Shown here piece after piece: positions 9,614 to 20,154 of a stretch of 64,000 nt of DNA (position 1 is the stretch's first letter; every line of letters begins with the position of its first letter). The notes under the pieces were generated by a model that was given only the letters and a program-made list of their open reading frames with translations, was not told where the DNA came from and ran no database searches. Position numbers and translations under genes: made by a program. The DNA comes from an uncultured delta proteobacterium (GTDB lineage: Bacteria > Desulfobacterota > BSN033 > UBA1163): NCBI GenBank assembly GCA_963708295.1, contig CAVPSJ010000012.1, positions 96,001-160,000 on the forward strand, written 5' to 3'.

Positions 9614-9949
9614 CTAGAGACTCTCGAGCCCTCCCGCCGACGGAGGCGGCGGAGCGAGGAATTTGAACGGGCCAGAAGATAAAAAAGGGTCGCTTTGATT
9701 TCCCACCTCGTCCTTGGAAGCAATCCCAACATAATAAGTTCCTGGTTCGGAGGGGAACTCCGGCCACTCGTCAGGGATGACTATTTCGGTCTTCCCGGTA
9801 ACGGGTTTGGAGATGATCCCGGGAGTCGTCTCCCACGAAAAGCGATTGGGATCAAAACTCCCCCCGTCTTTGCCGACATAGATCATGTAGCTCGTTGCTT
9901 CGGGAACGGGTTCCCACCAAATTCGCCGCTTACGGACAAAACCCATCAC
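9614..9949 (-). CDS. Small fibronectin-III-like hypothetical protein
   Basis: WEPVPEATSYMIY...GTYYVGIASKDEVGNQSDP; GAGGAGG RBS. Confidence 0.6.
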   Translation of the reverse strand: MMGFVRKRRIWWEPVPEATSYMIYVGKDGGSFDPNRFSWETTPGIISKPVTGKTEIVIPDEWPEFPSEPGTYYVGIASKDEVGNQSDPFLSSGPFKFLAPPPPSAGGLESL

Positions 9950-10176
9950 GATTCCTCCTCTCTCATCATTTACCAGCGACTTCATCCGGTCCTTCTTATT
10001 CTCAAGCTACAATGATTTGAAAGGCAAATCAAGCGAAATCTCCATGCAGAGCCGATCAGAAGCCCTGTGAAAATCTACTCCGGACCGGGCGAGGAAAAGC
10101 CGGGGGCAAAAGGCGTCGTAGCGGTTGACTTCCTTGAAAAGGTCTGCTACAACAATTGAGGCTTTCTTAAAGCCTA

Positions 10177-10333
10177 TTGAAGCTCCCCGCCTAAAGGGCG
10201 GGGCCGTTCGACAGAACTCACGGCTCTGAGCTTGTCGAAGAGCCTCCCGGGCACGCAGTGGCGAGCAGGATGCGAGCAAAGGAAGTTTCGCTCATCCTGT
10301 GCCCCTTACCCCCGCGGGGCATGTTCCGGTCAA
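10177..10333 (-). mobile_element. Non-autonomous IS200/IS605-like element with nested REP-like hairpin
   Basis: Minus strand starts TTGAC and ends GCCCCGCCCTTTAGGCGGGGAGCTTCAA (hairpin + TCAA); nested CTTCGACAAGCTCAG..TGTCGAAC. Confidence 0.55.
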
Positions 10334-10427
10334 AAGCCTGCGGGGGGGGAGGTATGTTTTTTGGATTTGCCTTTCCGGAAGAATACAGTCAGGAAAGATT
10401 GGGCTCAGGCAAACGGAAGGGCAGGAC

Positions 10428-11066
10428 ATGGAATTAATGAAGGGTCTTATTGACATTTTATTGCATCTCGATACGCATCTCGATTGGGTGATTCGGAGTT
10501 ACGGCTTTTGGACCTATGGTATCCTTTTCTTGATCATTTTCTTGGAAACGGGATTAGTCGTCACCCCTTTCCTCCCGGGAGATTCTTTGCTTTTTGCCGG
10601 CGGAACTTTCGCCGCCCTTGGCTCATTGGATGTAAAGTGGCTCATTATTCTTCTCACGATTGCCGCCATTGCCGGGGATACGGTGAATTACTGGATCGGT
10701 CACGCAGCGGGACCGAGGGTTTTTCACGGAGAGAAATCACGCTTTTTTAATAAGGAATACCTTCGCCGCACTCACGAATTCTATGAAAAATATGGTGGAA
10801 AAACAATTATTATTGCTCGATTTATCCCGATCATCCGTACTTTCGCACCCTTCGTAGCCGGTATCGGGAGTATGACCTATGGACACTTCATCACTTACAA
10901 TATTACAGGTGGGATTGCTTGGGTCGTGATTCTCGTTTTCGGAGGCTATTTCTTCGGCACCATTCCTCTGATTAAGAATAACTTTTCATTGGCTATCGTT
11001 GCGATTATTTTCCTTTCGATTTTGCCCGGAATCATTGAATTCCTGCGTCACCGAAAAGGCTCCTGA
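10428..11066 (+). CDS. dedA: DedA family membrane protein
   Basis: FLETGLVVTPFLPGDSLLF, GDTVNYWIG, ARFIPIIRTFAPFVAG. Confidence 0.93.
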   Translation: MELMKGLIDILLHLDTHLDWVIRSYGFWTYGILFLIIFLETGLVVTPFLPGDSLLFAGGTFAALGSLDVKWLIILLTIAAIAGDTVNYWIGHAAGPRVFHGEKSRFFNKEYLRRTHEFYEKYGGKTIIIARFIPIIRTFAPFVAGIGSMTYGHFITYNITGGIAWVVILVFGGYFFGTIPLIKNNFSLAIVAIIFLSILPGIIEFLRHRKGS

Positions 11067-11249
11067 GGAAATGGAGGAAAATGTTTACATTTATACATTG
11101 TTTCAATAAGTGATGTGTGCCTCCTTTTTAGGCGAAATGGTGAAGAGGGCTTCCTGCAAGAGGAAGAAGGGTTGATTCCACAACAATTCAACATTTTCTT
11201 GTGGATTTGGTTTTAGGCCCCTGAAAAAATTTAGACCGGGAGAAATTCA

Positions 11250-11636
11250 ATGGGAGCAGAAGAGAAAAAAGTAAAACCCCGTTATGGAACTGTGAATTTT
11301 GAAAAGAGAAAGCATCCCAGATTCAGTGTTGACCTGCCTGTAGAGTATAGTCGAACCGACCTGGCCGTCGAACAGGGCCGTGCCATGAACGCCAGCCAAG
11401 GGGGATTGCTTCTCTATCTTCCGGAGCGGATGGGGATGGGGCACCACCTGACATTGAAGCTCTTTTTCACGATGGGTTCTGAGTTGAATACGATTGAGAC
11501 GGTCGTTGAAGTGGTCTGGGTAGATATCCACCTCGATAAGGAACGGGGAGATTATCGAACGGGAGTGAGGTTCGTTCAAATTTCCGAGGAGGATGTGAAC
11601 AGGCTCCAGGAGTTCTTGAAGAGTCTCTCGGCGTAA
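11250..11636 (+). CDS. Stand-alone PilZ domain protein
   Basis: EKRKHPRF (RxxxR), NASQGG, YRTGVRF. Confidence 0.85.
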   Translation: MGAEEKKVKPRYGTVNFEKRKHPRFSVDLPVEYSRTDLAVEQGRAMNASQGGLLLYLPERMGMGHHLTLKLFFTMGSELNTIETVVEVVWVDIHLDKERGDYRTGVRFVQISEEDVNRLQEFLKSLSA

Positions 11637-12043
11637 TTGCCATCGCCACCTCGGGTGGTCAGATCCGAGAGGGTCTCCACAACTTGTCCGGGCGATACCC
11701 CCAAGAACAAAAGATAGGATCATGTGGCTCTTATTCTAAACCTACTACCTCCAAGCTCTCTCTCAGTCGAAAGGCAATTTTTTCAAATACCGCTCATCGA
11801 TTGAGGGCAGAGATTGTTGTTAGCACCCTGCTCGATTCGGATAACCTCCCCGACCAAATACAGCACCCCGGATTTAAAAATACAGTCTCGCACCCATACG
11901 TTTTCCAAGACGTTATGTTAGAATAAGTTTTAAGATTGCGATCGGGGGCATTCCAGGCTGCCCAACCTTTGGAGAATGTCTCGATCGACTCGAACCCAAT
12001 GTTATCCCGGATGACATTTTCTTCAACGAGGTGAGGCTGATTC

Positions 12044-13460
12044 ATGGTACTTCCAAAGAAGCTCCCTATAAATAACCCGGACAGTGCCTCGGAAAGCGAT
12101 TTTGTGCCAAAGCTGATTGTCGGAAAATCACCGGCTGCCGCCGAACCGCTTCCCAAAATTCCAGATTGGATCTTCAAGGGAATCATTATCTTCATCCTTG
12201 CAACGGTTGTCTACTTTACCTTTGCAGGCCGTCTCTTCCAGCCCTTATTCCAGGCGGCCAAGGCGGCTCATTGGTCTAAGTTCAGTTGTCCGCCCAAGCC
12301 TGTTGTGGGGGATGATGGGGATTGTCCTTCTTACTCTTCCGCACCATCGCCTGGTTTCTCTACCGGCCCGTTCCCTTCCGTCGAGATGGCCGATTCGCCC
12401 TCACTGACGGTCATTATCCCGGCTTACAATGAAGGGTCGATGGTAAGAAAATCGATTGATTCGGTGGCGGCAGCCCTTCTATCCACACGATCGTTTGGAG
12501 ATCTTTGTTGTGGATGATGGGAGCAAGGACGACACGTGGCTCCATATCCAGGCTGCAGCCAAGAACCATCCTCGATCTCGTGACGCCTCTTAGATTTTCG
12601 GAGAACCGGGGAAAGCGTGCGGCACTCGAGGCGGGATTTCCGACGGGCACGCGGTGAAATCGTCGTGACCATTGATTCTGACAGCGTGATCGACCGGGAT
12701 ACTCTTGCTGGCCATGACCGGGCCTTTCCGTGATCCCAAGGTGGGTGCGGTCGCAGGGAAAGGTCGTTGTCTATAACGAAGCCAAGGCGTCATTCCAAGG
12801 ATGCTTCAGGTGAGATATGTCTTGTCGTTCGACTTTCTGCGTGCCGTCCAGTCATCCTACGGAACCGTCTACTGCTGCCCAGGTGCTCTCGCGGGATACC
12901 GTCAATCGGTGGTGCGTGAAGTGTTAGACCAGTGGATGGGACAGACATTTCTGGGCAGGCCAGTGCACCTACGGCGAGGATCGTGCATTGACAAACTATC
13001 ATTCTGGACCGGGGATACAATACCGTTTACCAGCGTTCTGCTGTCGTGCGTACGATTGTTCCGTGGACATACAGGAAATTGTGCAAAATGTATCTCCGTT
13101 GGGACAGGAGTTACGTCCGCGAGGAAATCCGATTAACGCGGATCATTTGGAAGAGACCGCCCAAGGCTCTCGCGATCGCACTCCTGGATAAATTCGTAAC
13201 GAATCTTCGATACCCCATTGGGTACGTGAGCCTTAGGTCTGCTCGTGATCCTGTCGTTTCATGATCCGATGACGATCGTGCGGTTTCTCTTTGCGATGGG
13301 AATGATGTCATTCCTGAATATGTTTTACTATCTCCTGCGAGAAAAGTCCTGGGACTTTCTCTATGGCATTTTCTATTCCTATTTTTCTTTCTTTACCTTA
13401 CTCTGGATATTTCCTTACGCCGTCCTCACGGTGCGGTCGAAATCGTGGATGACCCGATAA
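12044..13460 (+). pseudogene. GT2 processive glycosyltransferase, hyaluronan synthase/NodC-like (several frameshifts)
   Basis: Fragments across frames: IIPAYNE, VDDGS, NRGKR, TIDSD, VGAVAG, CCPGALAGYR, YGEDRALTN, MYLRWDRSY, C-terminal TM helices ending WMTR. Confidence 0.8.
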
Positions 13461-13605
13461 GAAACGCATAGGAAGCTCTTCTGAGTCATGTGAATCGCAA
13501 AAACATAGACGGAGTGAGGCCATTCTCTTGGGACTGGGGGGCGTTTTACGCCTGCAAAAGATGCTTCCGGGGGAGACTTATTCGGGCGTCGCCTTCACCG
13601 GTTTA

Positions 13606-14671
13606 CTAGGGTGCTACCTTGTTGAGTTTCTCGAACAGGCTACGATAACAATGAATCATGACTCCGCCAATGGCCGGGTCTCGTTCTTGCTGCCTCCATC
13701 AACTCGAGGAACAACCTTCCAAAACTCTTCATTAGGTAATCCCCAAAAGCTGACGTGCGGATCCTGCTTCAGTTTAACCGTCTCAAGGGACGGGAAAATG
13801 ACCTTGCTTTATCCGCTGTGCATACTTCCGTTCATCTTCCACGCAGTCTAAGACCTTCGTGCGATGAACGCCGATATGACATAATGGTGATGAAGTCCGT
13901 CAGATCCTGTACGTGCTCGTTGAACCGTTTTCTCTTTCCCTCGAACTCCAGAGCAAACTCTGTCTTTGTCCCACCAAAATGGCGTAGTCCGCCGCGAGCC
14001 AGAGATCGGGGTGCTTCTTTCTCCAAAACGGATCGTGCCTTGCGGAGGAAGAGTAAGGTAGTCATGCATCATCGGGTAAAGAGGCGTCCCTCCAGCCTTC
14101 CATTCTTTGTGCAATAGGGTTCAACATCGTACTTTATTCCTTTGAACAAAGTGTCTCGGGGCAGTGTTTCGCTAAAAGCGACGATGGCCCGCAATTCTCG
14201 CAGCGTCCGCTCATGGTTCTCGGAGAAGAACATCTTCGGATTGCCACGAAGGGCGGCTGTCGTGATGTTGTGTTGCCCGGCCAACGAGAATGAGGTCCTT
14301 GAAGAGCTTCTGCATCTTTCAGGATCGGCTCGCTGCTGTCGTGGGACATTTTCATGTGGACATCGAGATGACGTGATACGATGCTTTACGCAAAAATCAA
14401 CGAGTTGTTGCCTCGCCTCCTGTGTTAAGTAAGATGAATTTGACCATACCCACATCCCGAGACCCTTTGTCTGTTCAGCATTTGAAGATATCGGCGTTGC
14501 CAGGATTGCGACAAACAAGGATATTACGATTGTGAACTTACGGATACACGCTGTCCGTGCGAATCGGAAGTGAATCCCGCACGGGAACCGGCCGGCTCTT
14601 TCTCCCCAAATAGAAAGGCGACCAGGATCATCCCCATAAAGAAGTATCCGCACCCCCATCCTGTGGATCAC
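13606..14671 (-). pseudogene. Putative secreted TIM-barrel (glycoside-hydrolase-like) protein, frameshifted; start uncertain
   Basis: Signal-like IVISLFVAILATPISSNA, GMWVW, GIKYDVEPY, TDFITIMSYR, GGVMIHCY; TAG at 13606. Confidence 0.55.
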
Positions 14672-14711
14672 GGCTTGGAATATAGATCATTTAGAAAAAA
14701 TAGTCAACTCT

Positions 14712-14786
14712 TTGACTTCCCGGCCTGAAGGCTCGGGTTGCTCAGGGTAGGCGCTGAGCGGTGCCAGGTGCCTCCGAACGGGTCAC
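14712..14786 (+). repeat. Short palindromic IS200/IS605-like remnant
   Basis: TTGAC start, CTCAG..CTGAG hairpin, ends CCGAACGGGTCAC like 17823-18053. Confidence 0.45.
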
Positions 14787-14862
14787 CGGAAATTTTCAGC
14801 AGCTTTCAGAAGGAAGCAGTCCACACCGACGTGCAGCGACTGCAGTCTCCCGGCCCCATCGA

Positions 14863-15717
14863 TTAATACAAAATCCCCGCATATCCCACAAAACTGTCAT
14901 CCGGCATAATATCGTAACTCGTGTAGTAGTCGAGAAGGACTCCCTGATCCGACCCAAGGGCCTTGCAGGTGGCTATGGCAGAAATGGCTGCCCCCGCGCT
15001 GCAGGCGCTACCATTTTCCAGGGCATGCTTCAGAAGGCCTTCTGCATCCATCTTCAAGGCTCGGTCAATAAATCCCTTGTCGTTTTCTTTCTTCACCCAC
15101 TCCACAGAGGGCCCTCCAACCCCCTTTCCCAAGAAACCGTAGTTGGGCCCGTAGTGAGTCAAATCCGTCGACCCAATGGCGAGGAGAGAGATTCCCTCCT
15201 TCTTTGCAACATCAGCAACCTCCTTCCCCAGGACCTCCGCTTTCAGGGAAAGGGGGGATCGGATCCCAACCACCTTCGCTTCCGGGAAAAAATATTTTAC
15301 CATCGCCAGGTGGATCTCGATCGTATTGTCCCCGCTGTTCGAACTCTCTTTACTCATATCGATACGCTTCATCAGGGTTCTCACAAAGTCTGCAGGAATC
15401 TCGACGTCCCCCAGAGGAGTCTCCCAGGCTTCTTCTGTCACGATCCGGGGAACATCCTGGGTGGAAAGGTGGCCCCCGTAAAGGACGACGACTTCCACGT
15501 TCCCTTTTGATGCCAAAGAAGAAAATACCCGGGCCGCAAGCTTTCCGGAAAAATACCAGCCCGCATGAGGAATCATACCGCCCCGGCCTATACTCGAAGA
15601 GAGCTCCGAAGGGGACCATCGCTCCAAATAAGACTCGATCTCCTGTTTACAATCTTTCCCGTCATACGGATACCAACCTCTGGGCAGGGTTCTTTTCCTT
15701 CGGTTCACAGCGTTCAT
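14863..15717 (-). CDS. amrB: AmmeMemoRadiSam system protein B (MEMO1 family)
   Basis: PHAGWYFSG, WETPLG, STDLTHYG, SACSAG, FVGYAG. Confidence 0.88.
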   Translation of the reverse strand: MNAVNRRKRTLPRGWYPYDGKDCKQEIESYLERWSPSELSSSIGRGGMIPHAGWYFSGKLAARVFSSLASKGNVEVVVLYGGHLSTQDVPRIVTEEAWETPLGDVEIPADFVRTLMKRIDMSKESSNSGDNTIEIHLAMVKYFFPEAKVVGIRSPLSLKAEVLGKEVADVAKKEGISLLAIGSTDLTHYGPNYGFLGKGVGGPSVEWVKKENDKGFIDRALKMDAEGLLKHALENGSACSAGAAISAIATCKALGSDQGVLLDYYTSYDIMPDDSFVGYAGILY

Positions 15718-15727
15718 CCTCCACTTC

Positions 15728-15795
15728 GTTCGGAGTATTGAGTTCGGTGTTCGGAGCACTCTTCTTGAAACTCCGAACTTCGGGCTCCGAACTCA
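15728..15795. repeat. Heptamer inverted repeat (GTTCGGA)n...(TCCGAAC)n
   Basis: Directly visible between argS and amrB. Confidence 0.65.
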
Positions 15796-15803
15796 TCACT
15801 TGT

Positions 15804-17762
15804 TTATATTCTTTCAAGCGCCGGCATCCCCATCAGGTTCAGCAGATTTTCCATCACGGTTTGAAATCCCCTCACCAAACAGAGCCGAAAGGTTCTGAGT
15901 TCCGGATCTCGAAGGTGAATAAACGGCGTCTGGACATCGGCCCCCGGATCCGGATGCTCGTAGAAATTCGTAAAAGAGGTCGCCAGATCAAAGGCATACT
16001 CTGCCAACTGAGAAACTCTCAGCGTCTTACCCGTTTTAGCCACAGAAGACGAAAACCTCGACAGGGCGTCCAGAAGCCCTCTTTCTGTCTCGGTTAATCG
16101 CTCGGGAATGCAATCCCTCTCCCATTGGAATTCGACCTTCTGCGCCTCGGCTTTTCTCAGGATGCTGCATGCCCGGGCGTGGGCATATTCTAGATAGACC
16201 CCTGTGTCCCCCGTCGTTTTCAGGGCTTCATCAAAATCGAAAACGATCTGGCTTTCTAATGTGAATTTAATTAAATAATAACGGATCGCCGCCGAGGCGA
16301 GAGCGGCCGCAACGTTTTCTTCTACTGGATGGTCGGACCTCTCGATCACCCTCCGCTTCACCATCCCTATAAAATCCTTCGCCTTCACCCCTGTTCCGGA
16401 GCGCCCCGACATGGCGTAGGCCTTTTTTTGCTCTGCCTCCTCCATCCCCAGCAGCCGCGCAGCCTGTGGGGAAAGGTTGACGACTTCATAGGCCAGATGT
16501 ACGGATTCCTTCGCTTCCCTCTCAAAGCCCATCTGCCGGAGGCACTCGACGACCACTTGCTGAGGATAACTCTGCCGGGTGTCAATTACATTGATGACCG
16601 TTTCCGCATGGCCAAACCGCTGAGAGAACTTTTCTGCCGGCTCGCCCTCCTGGGACGTTGTCCAGAGCGTCTCTCCATTGGCCTGGAGGCCCCAGGGTTT
16701 GTACAAAAAATCTTTCTCGATCAGGCCAAACTTCCACAGCTGATAGGCCACATCTTTCCCCGTATAGGTCACACTCCCATTTGACCGAACCAGGATCTTG
16801 TCCAGACTCTTCAACCCTTCAGCCGTTTCAACGATCCCGCCAAAAGGAACCGTCCAACACCCTTCATTCGGGCCTTCTGTCTCTAATCGAAGAGCTCCCT
16901 TTTCTTTGAGGAGCTCGAACGTCGTTCCCCAGAAACCCCGGCCAATGATGTCCGATTCCCAGTTGAGAAGGTCGTAGAAGATAGAGAGTTGAGCTACCGT
17001 TTCCAAATGGGAGTGGACAACTCTTGTGGCGAGCTCTTTCGAAAAACCGGCCACAGGAGAGGTTCCCTTTTCGATCTTGTGCAGAATTTCTTCTCTTTTC
17101 TCAAGAAGCGAGGGATTCTTCTCAAGCTCATTTTCGAAACGGGCATAGAGATCCCAACAGAAATAATCAAAGGGCTGACTTGCGGGGACCTTCTCCCAGA
17201 TGGCCCGAAAGTCAGCGCCCTCCTCGTAAAAAGGAGGGGTGAGATAAAGCAGGGCCGTCACCACATCCACGACCTGAAGGCCTGTATCATCAATGTAATT
17301 GCACACCTCTGTTGAAAACCCGAGCCATTCGAGAACCCGGGCCACGGTGTCTCCTAAAACCGAGTTCCTGAGGTGGCCGATATGCATCGCCTTATTGGGG
17401 TTGACACTCGTATGCTCGATGAAAACCTTTTTATTGGGCGGCAGGGCAGGCTTTCCAAACTTCTTGCCTTCTTGAAGGACTCGGGGAACGAGGTCTCGGG
17501 CCAATCCAGGCCAATCCACCTTGAAATTAAGGTATCCGGGAGGAGAAATGCCTATCTCTTGAATATAGGGAGGGAGGTTTGATCCCAGCCGCTCGGCCAC
17601 CTCCAGGGCGATCTTCATAGGAGATTCCCTCCGGCGCTTTGCCATGGACAGGCAGATGGCGCTCGACAGGTCCCCCAGCTCCCGCCGAGGAGGCACATTG
17701 AGCGGAATGTCTTCAATGTCTAAGAGCTCTCTTAATACTCTGGCCAGTCCTTCTCTGATCAT
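15804..17762 (-). CDS. argS: Arginine--tRNA ligase
   Basis: EHTSVNPNKAMHIGHLRN (HIGH), MSGRSG, GDTGVYLEYAHARACSILRK, DALR-like C-terminus. Confidence 0.96.
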   Translation of the reverse strand: MIREGLARVLRELLDIEDIPLNVPPRRELGDLSSAICLSMAKRRRESPMKIALEVAERLGSNLPPYIQEIGISPPGYLNFKVDWPGLARDLVPRVLQEGKKFGKPALPPNKKVFIEHTSVNPNKAMHIGHLRNSVLGDTVARVLEWLGFSTEVCNYIDDTGLQVVDVVTALLYLTPPFYEEGADFRAIWEKVPASQPFDYFCWDLYARFENELEKNPSLLEKREEILHKIEKGTSPVAGFSKELATRVVHSHLETVAQLSIFYDLLNWESDIIGRGFWGTTFELLKEKGALRLETEGPNEGCWTVPFGGIVETAEGLKSLDKILVRSNGSVTYTGKDVAYQLWKFGLIEKDFLYKPWGLQANGETLWTTSQEGEPAEKFSQRFGHAETVINVIDTRQSYPQQVVVECLRQMGFEREAKESVHLAYEVVNLSPQAARLLGMEEAEQKKAYAMSGRSGTGVKAKDFIGMVKRRVIERSDHPVEENVAAALASAAIRYYLIKFTLESQIVFDFDEALKTTGDTGVYLEYAHARACSILRKAEAQKVEFQWERDCIPERLTETERGLLDALSRFSSSVAKTGKTLRVSQLAEYAFDLATSFTNFYEHPDPGADVQTPFIHLRDPELRTFRLCLVRGFQTVMENLLNLMGMPALERI

Positions 17763-17822
17763 CTTCTCTCTTCCCCCTTACTCCGTTCAATTATGATGAG
17801 GATAAAGCCGAAAAGTCAACCC

Positions 17823-18053
17823 TTCGACTCCCCCAGGGTGAATTCCACGGCTTTCATTCGACCCGAGCCAAGGCCGAGGGGTTTTGCCTGCCTGCGCGAA
17901 GCCCCGCTTTGCGGGGCGAAGGCAGGGGTTGACCCTGCCCTGCGATGGACTCAGGGCCTTGAGCTTGTCAAGAGGCGCTTCGACGGGTCGATGCAAGTGG
18001 CGCTTCGTCAACCCATCCTCATCGGTGGAGTCTGGCGCCGCCGAACGGGTCAA
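17823..18053 (+). repeat. Nested palindromic/REP-like composite
   Basis: CCTGCC..GCCCCGCTTTGCGGGGC..GGCAGG hairpin, CTCAGGGCCTTGAG hairpin, terminus GGCGCCGCCGAACGGGTCAA. Confidence 0.55.
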
Positions 18054-18234
18054 GGCAACCGAAAATTGACAGTGAAAAGGCTTCAGGAATATAATGACTT
18101 GATGCGAGGCGTCCTATGCTTTGTCTCTCATGCAGGAGAAAGCATGGGAAATAAAAAGGGTGTGGATGCCCAGTGAAGCCAGTAAAGAAAAACATCAGCA
18201 GGGAAATGAGAAGGCCAGAAGGAGGACAGGAGCC

Positions 18235-19149
18235 ATGGGTAAAAAGAGCCCGATAAAGGTTTCGATTTGTAATGAGCTTTTTCAGGGGTGGCCGATCGAA
18301 AAAGTCTTTGAATATGCCGCTCAATTGGGCTACGACGGGGTTGAGATTGCCCCTTATACTCTGGCGGACTCCGTCACTGAAATCTCTCCACGGAGGCGAA
18401 TAGCGATTCGGCAGGCAGCGGAAGAGAGGGGGATCGAAATCGTCGGCCTCCATTGGCTGCTGGCAAAACCGGAAGGGCTCTACATCAACCATCCCGATGA
18501 GATCATCCGCATCAAAACCCAGGAGTACATCGAGGCTCTCATCCACTTCTGCGCCGATATCGGAGGGAAGATTCTGGTTCATGGTTCTCCACATCAGAGG
18601 ACGATCCAGGAGGGGTGGGACGATCAAGAGTCGTGGAATTTTGCCAAGGAAACCTTCGAGGTATGTCTTAAGACAGCCCAGAAAAGAAATGTTTTCTACT
18701 GCATCGAACCGCTTGCCCATCCGGCCACCAACTTCATCAACACGGTGGCCGAAGCCATTCAACTCGTCAAGGAGATAAGACATCCCCATTTCAAATTGAT
18801 TTTCGACTGCCGAAGCGCTTCGGCCCAGGAGAAATCGCTGCCTGAGGCGCTTGTCTGGGCCCTGGAGTCTGGATACCTCCGCCATGTTCATGTCAATGAT
18901 TCAAACGGAAAAGGGCCCGGATTCGGAGAAATCGAGTTCGTCCCTATTCTAAGAACCCTGGTCAATAGCGGTTATCAAGGCTATCTCTCTGTAGAGGTTT
19001 TTGATTTCACTCCGGACCCTCAAACGATTGCCAGCCGAAGCATTGGTTATCTGAAAGGAATTCTCGAGACTTTGTCCGAAAAGGGCGTGCCACCAGGCAA
19101 AGGATTCTTGCCATCCGCAAAGAAGGTGCTAAGAGAAGGGAAACCTTAA
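18235..19149 (+). CDS. Sugar phosphate isomerase/epimerase (TIM barrel)
   Basis: GYDGVEIAP, CIEPL, LIFD, HVHVND, GYLSVEVF. Confidence 0.88.
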   Translation: MGKKSPIKVSICNELFQGWPIEKVFEYAAQLGYDGVEIAPYTLADSVTEISPRRRIAIRQAAEERGIEIVGLHWLLAKPEGLYINHPDEIIRIKTQEYIEALIHFCADIGGKILVHGSPHQRTIQEGWDDQESWNFAKETFEVCLKTAQKRNVFYCIEPLAHPATNFINTVAEAIQLVKEIRHPHFKLIFDCRSASAQEKSLPEALVWALESGYLRHVHVNDSNGKGPGFGEIEFVPILRTLVNSGYQGYLSVEVFDFTPDPQTIASRSIGYLKGILETLSEKGVPPGKGFLPSAKKVLREGKP

Positions 19150-19175
19150 ACGACAGGGGGGAGTGGAATTTCTTT

Positions 19176-19601
19176 CTATCGAACTTCACCCGTCTCTCTC
19201 AACAGGGTTTTCAACTTCCGGACATCTCTTTCTTGGAGCCTTTCAAATTCCAACCCATACCTGTACTCCCCCCAGATGACCTTGGGGGCCAAATGAGACC
19301 AGATCACTCTCGCCCTCGCCCTGACCGAACTCAATTCAAATCCATTTGCAAAAATAATCTCTATATTCAATAAGGTCCCTACGGTGATGGCTACGGGTAA
19401 ATAGGCAACCAGGCCTCCTCTGCTTGCATTGGCTGCAACTCCCCCGTAGTGCTCCTCATTTTCAATGGAATAGTCCAGAGGAAGTTCAACGCTGAACCGA
19501 CGGTGTTTTCTCCTCTCGGAGATAAAAATCCCCTTTTCAGACCCCGGCTGGGTCTGGCCTCTTTTTCTTCTCTCCGTCGTCGAGTTTTTCCCCGGACTCA
19601 T
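19176..19601 (-). CDS. Stand-alone PilZ domain protein
   Basis: ERRKHRRF, NASRGG, YRYGLEF. Confidence 0.82.
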   Translation of the reverse strand: MSPGKNSTTERRKRGQTQPGSEKGIFISERRKHRRFSVELPLDYSIENEEHYGGVAANASRGGLVAYLPVAITVGTLLNIEIIFANGFELSSVRARARVIWSHLAPKVIWGEYRYGLEFERLQERDVRKLKTLLRETGEVR

Positions 19602-19788
19602 TGGACTTCCATTTTCGTTAAAATGTATTAAACTTCTCACAGGAAAGTCAATGAAAATTTTTTGGAATCCGCGAGTGCAAGAAACACTTGATAAGAAGAA
19701 GGCAACTTGGTAAAATAGTTCGCATCGGAGAGATGAAAATCCAAACTGAATTTGGCCGGACGAGTTATTGAGGTCTGAGGGGGGCTCG

Positions 19789-20154
19789 ATGGTGGACTCA
19801 AGTTCATCAAGAGAAAAAAGGAAGTCTGCACGGTTTCAGTTGAGTTTGCCCATTGAATTTAAGGTGACGAGTGATAAAAATGTCCATGGAGCAATGATCG
19901 TTAACGCCAGTGAAACTGGCCTTCTTGTTCAATCTCCAAGAAATCTGCCTGTCGGGACCAAATTAAATATTGCTGTCTTATTCTCGAAAGGGTTCGAATT
20001 GGCCAATTTTGAAGTGGTCGCCGAGGTGGTTTGGGCAAACCCCCGTCCGAATGAAGGTCGGGAAGGATACGAATTTGGACTGAGATTCGTTCACATACTG
20101 GAGGAAGACCGTCAGAAGCTGCAGCATCTTCTCGGTGAGGGGATTTTAATATGA
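19789..20154 (+). CDS. Stand-alone PilZ domain protein
   Basis: EKRKSARF, NASETG, YEFGLRF. Confidence 0.82.
   Translation: MVDSSSSREKRKSARFQLSLPIEFKVTSDKNVHGAMIVNASETGLLVQSPRNLPVGTKLNIAVLFSKGFELANFEVVAEVVWANPRPNEGREGYEFGLRFVHILEEDRQKLQHLLGEGILI

Noticed and set aside
15204-16097. Long shadow ORFs (also 18019-18891, 35760-36866, 40813-41586 and others)
   Set aside because: Antisense or off-frame to well-supported genes, with no motifs
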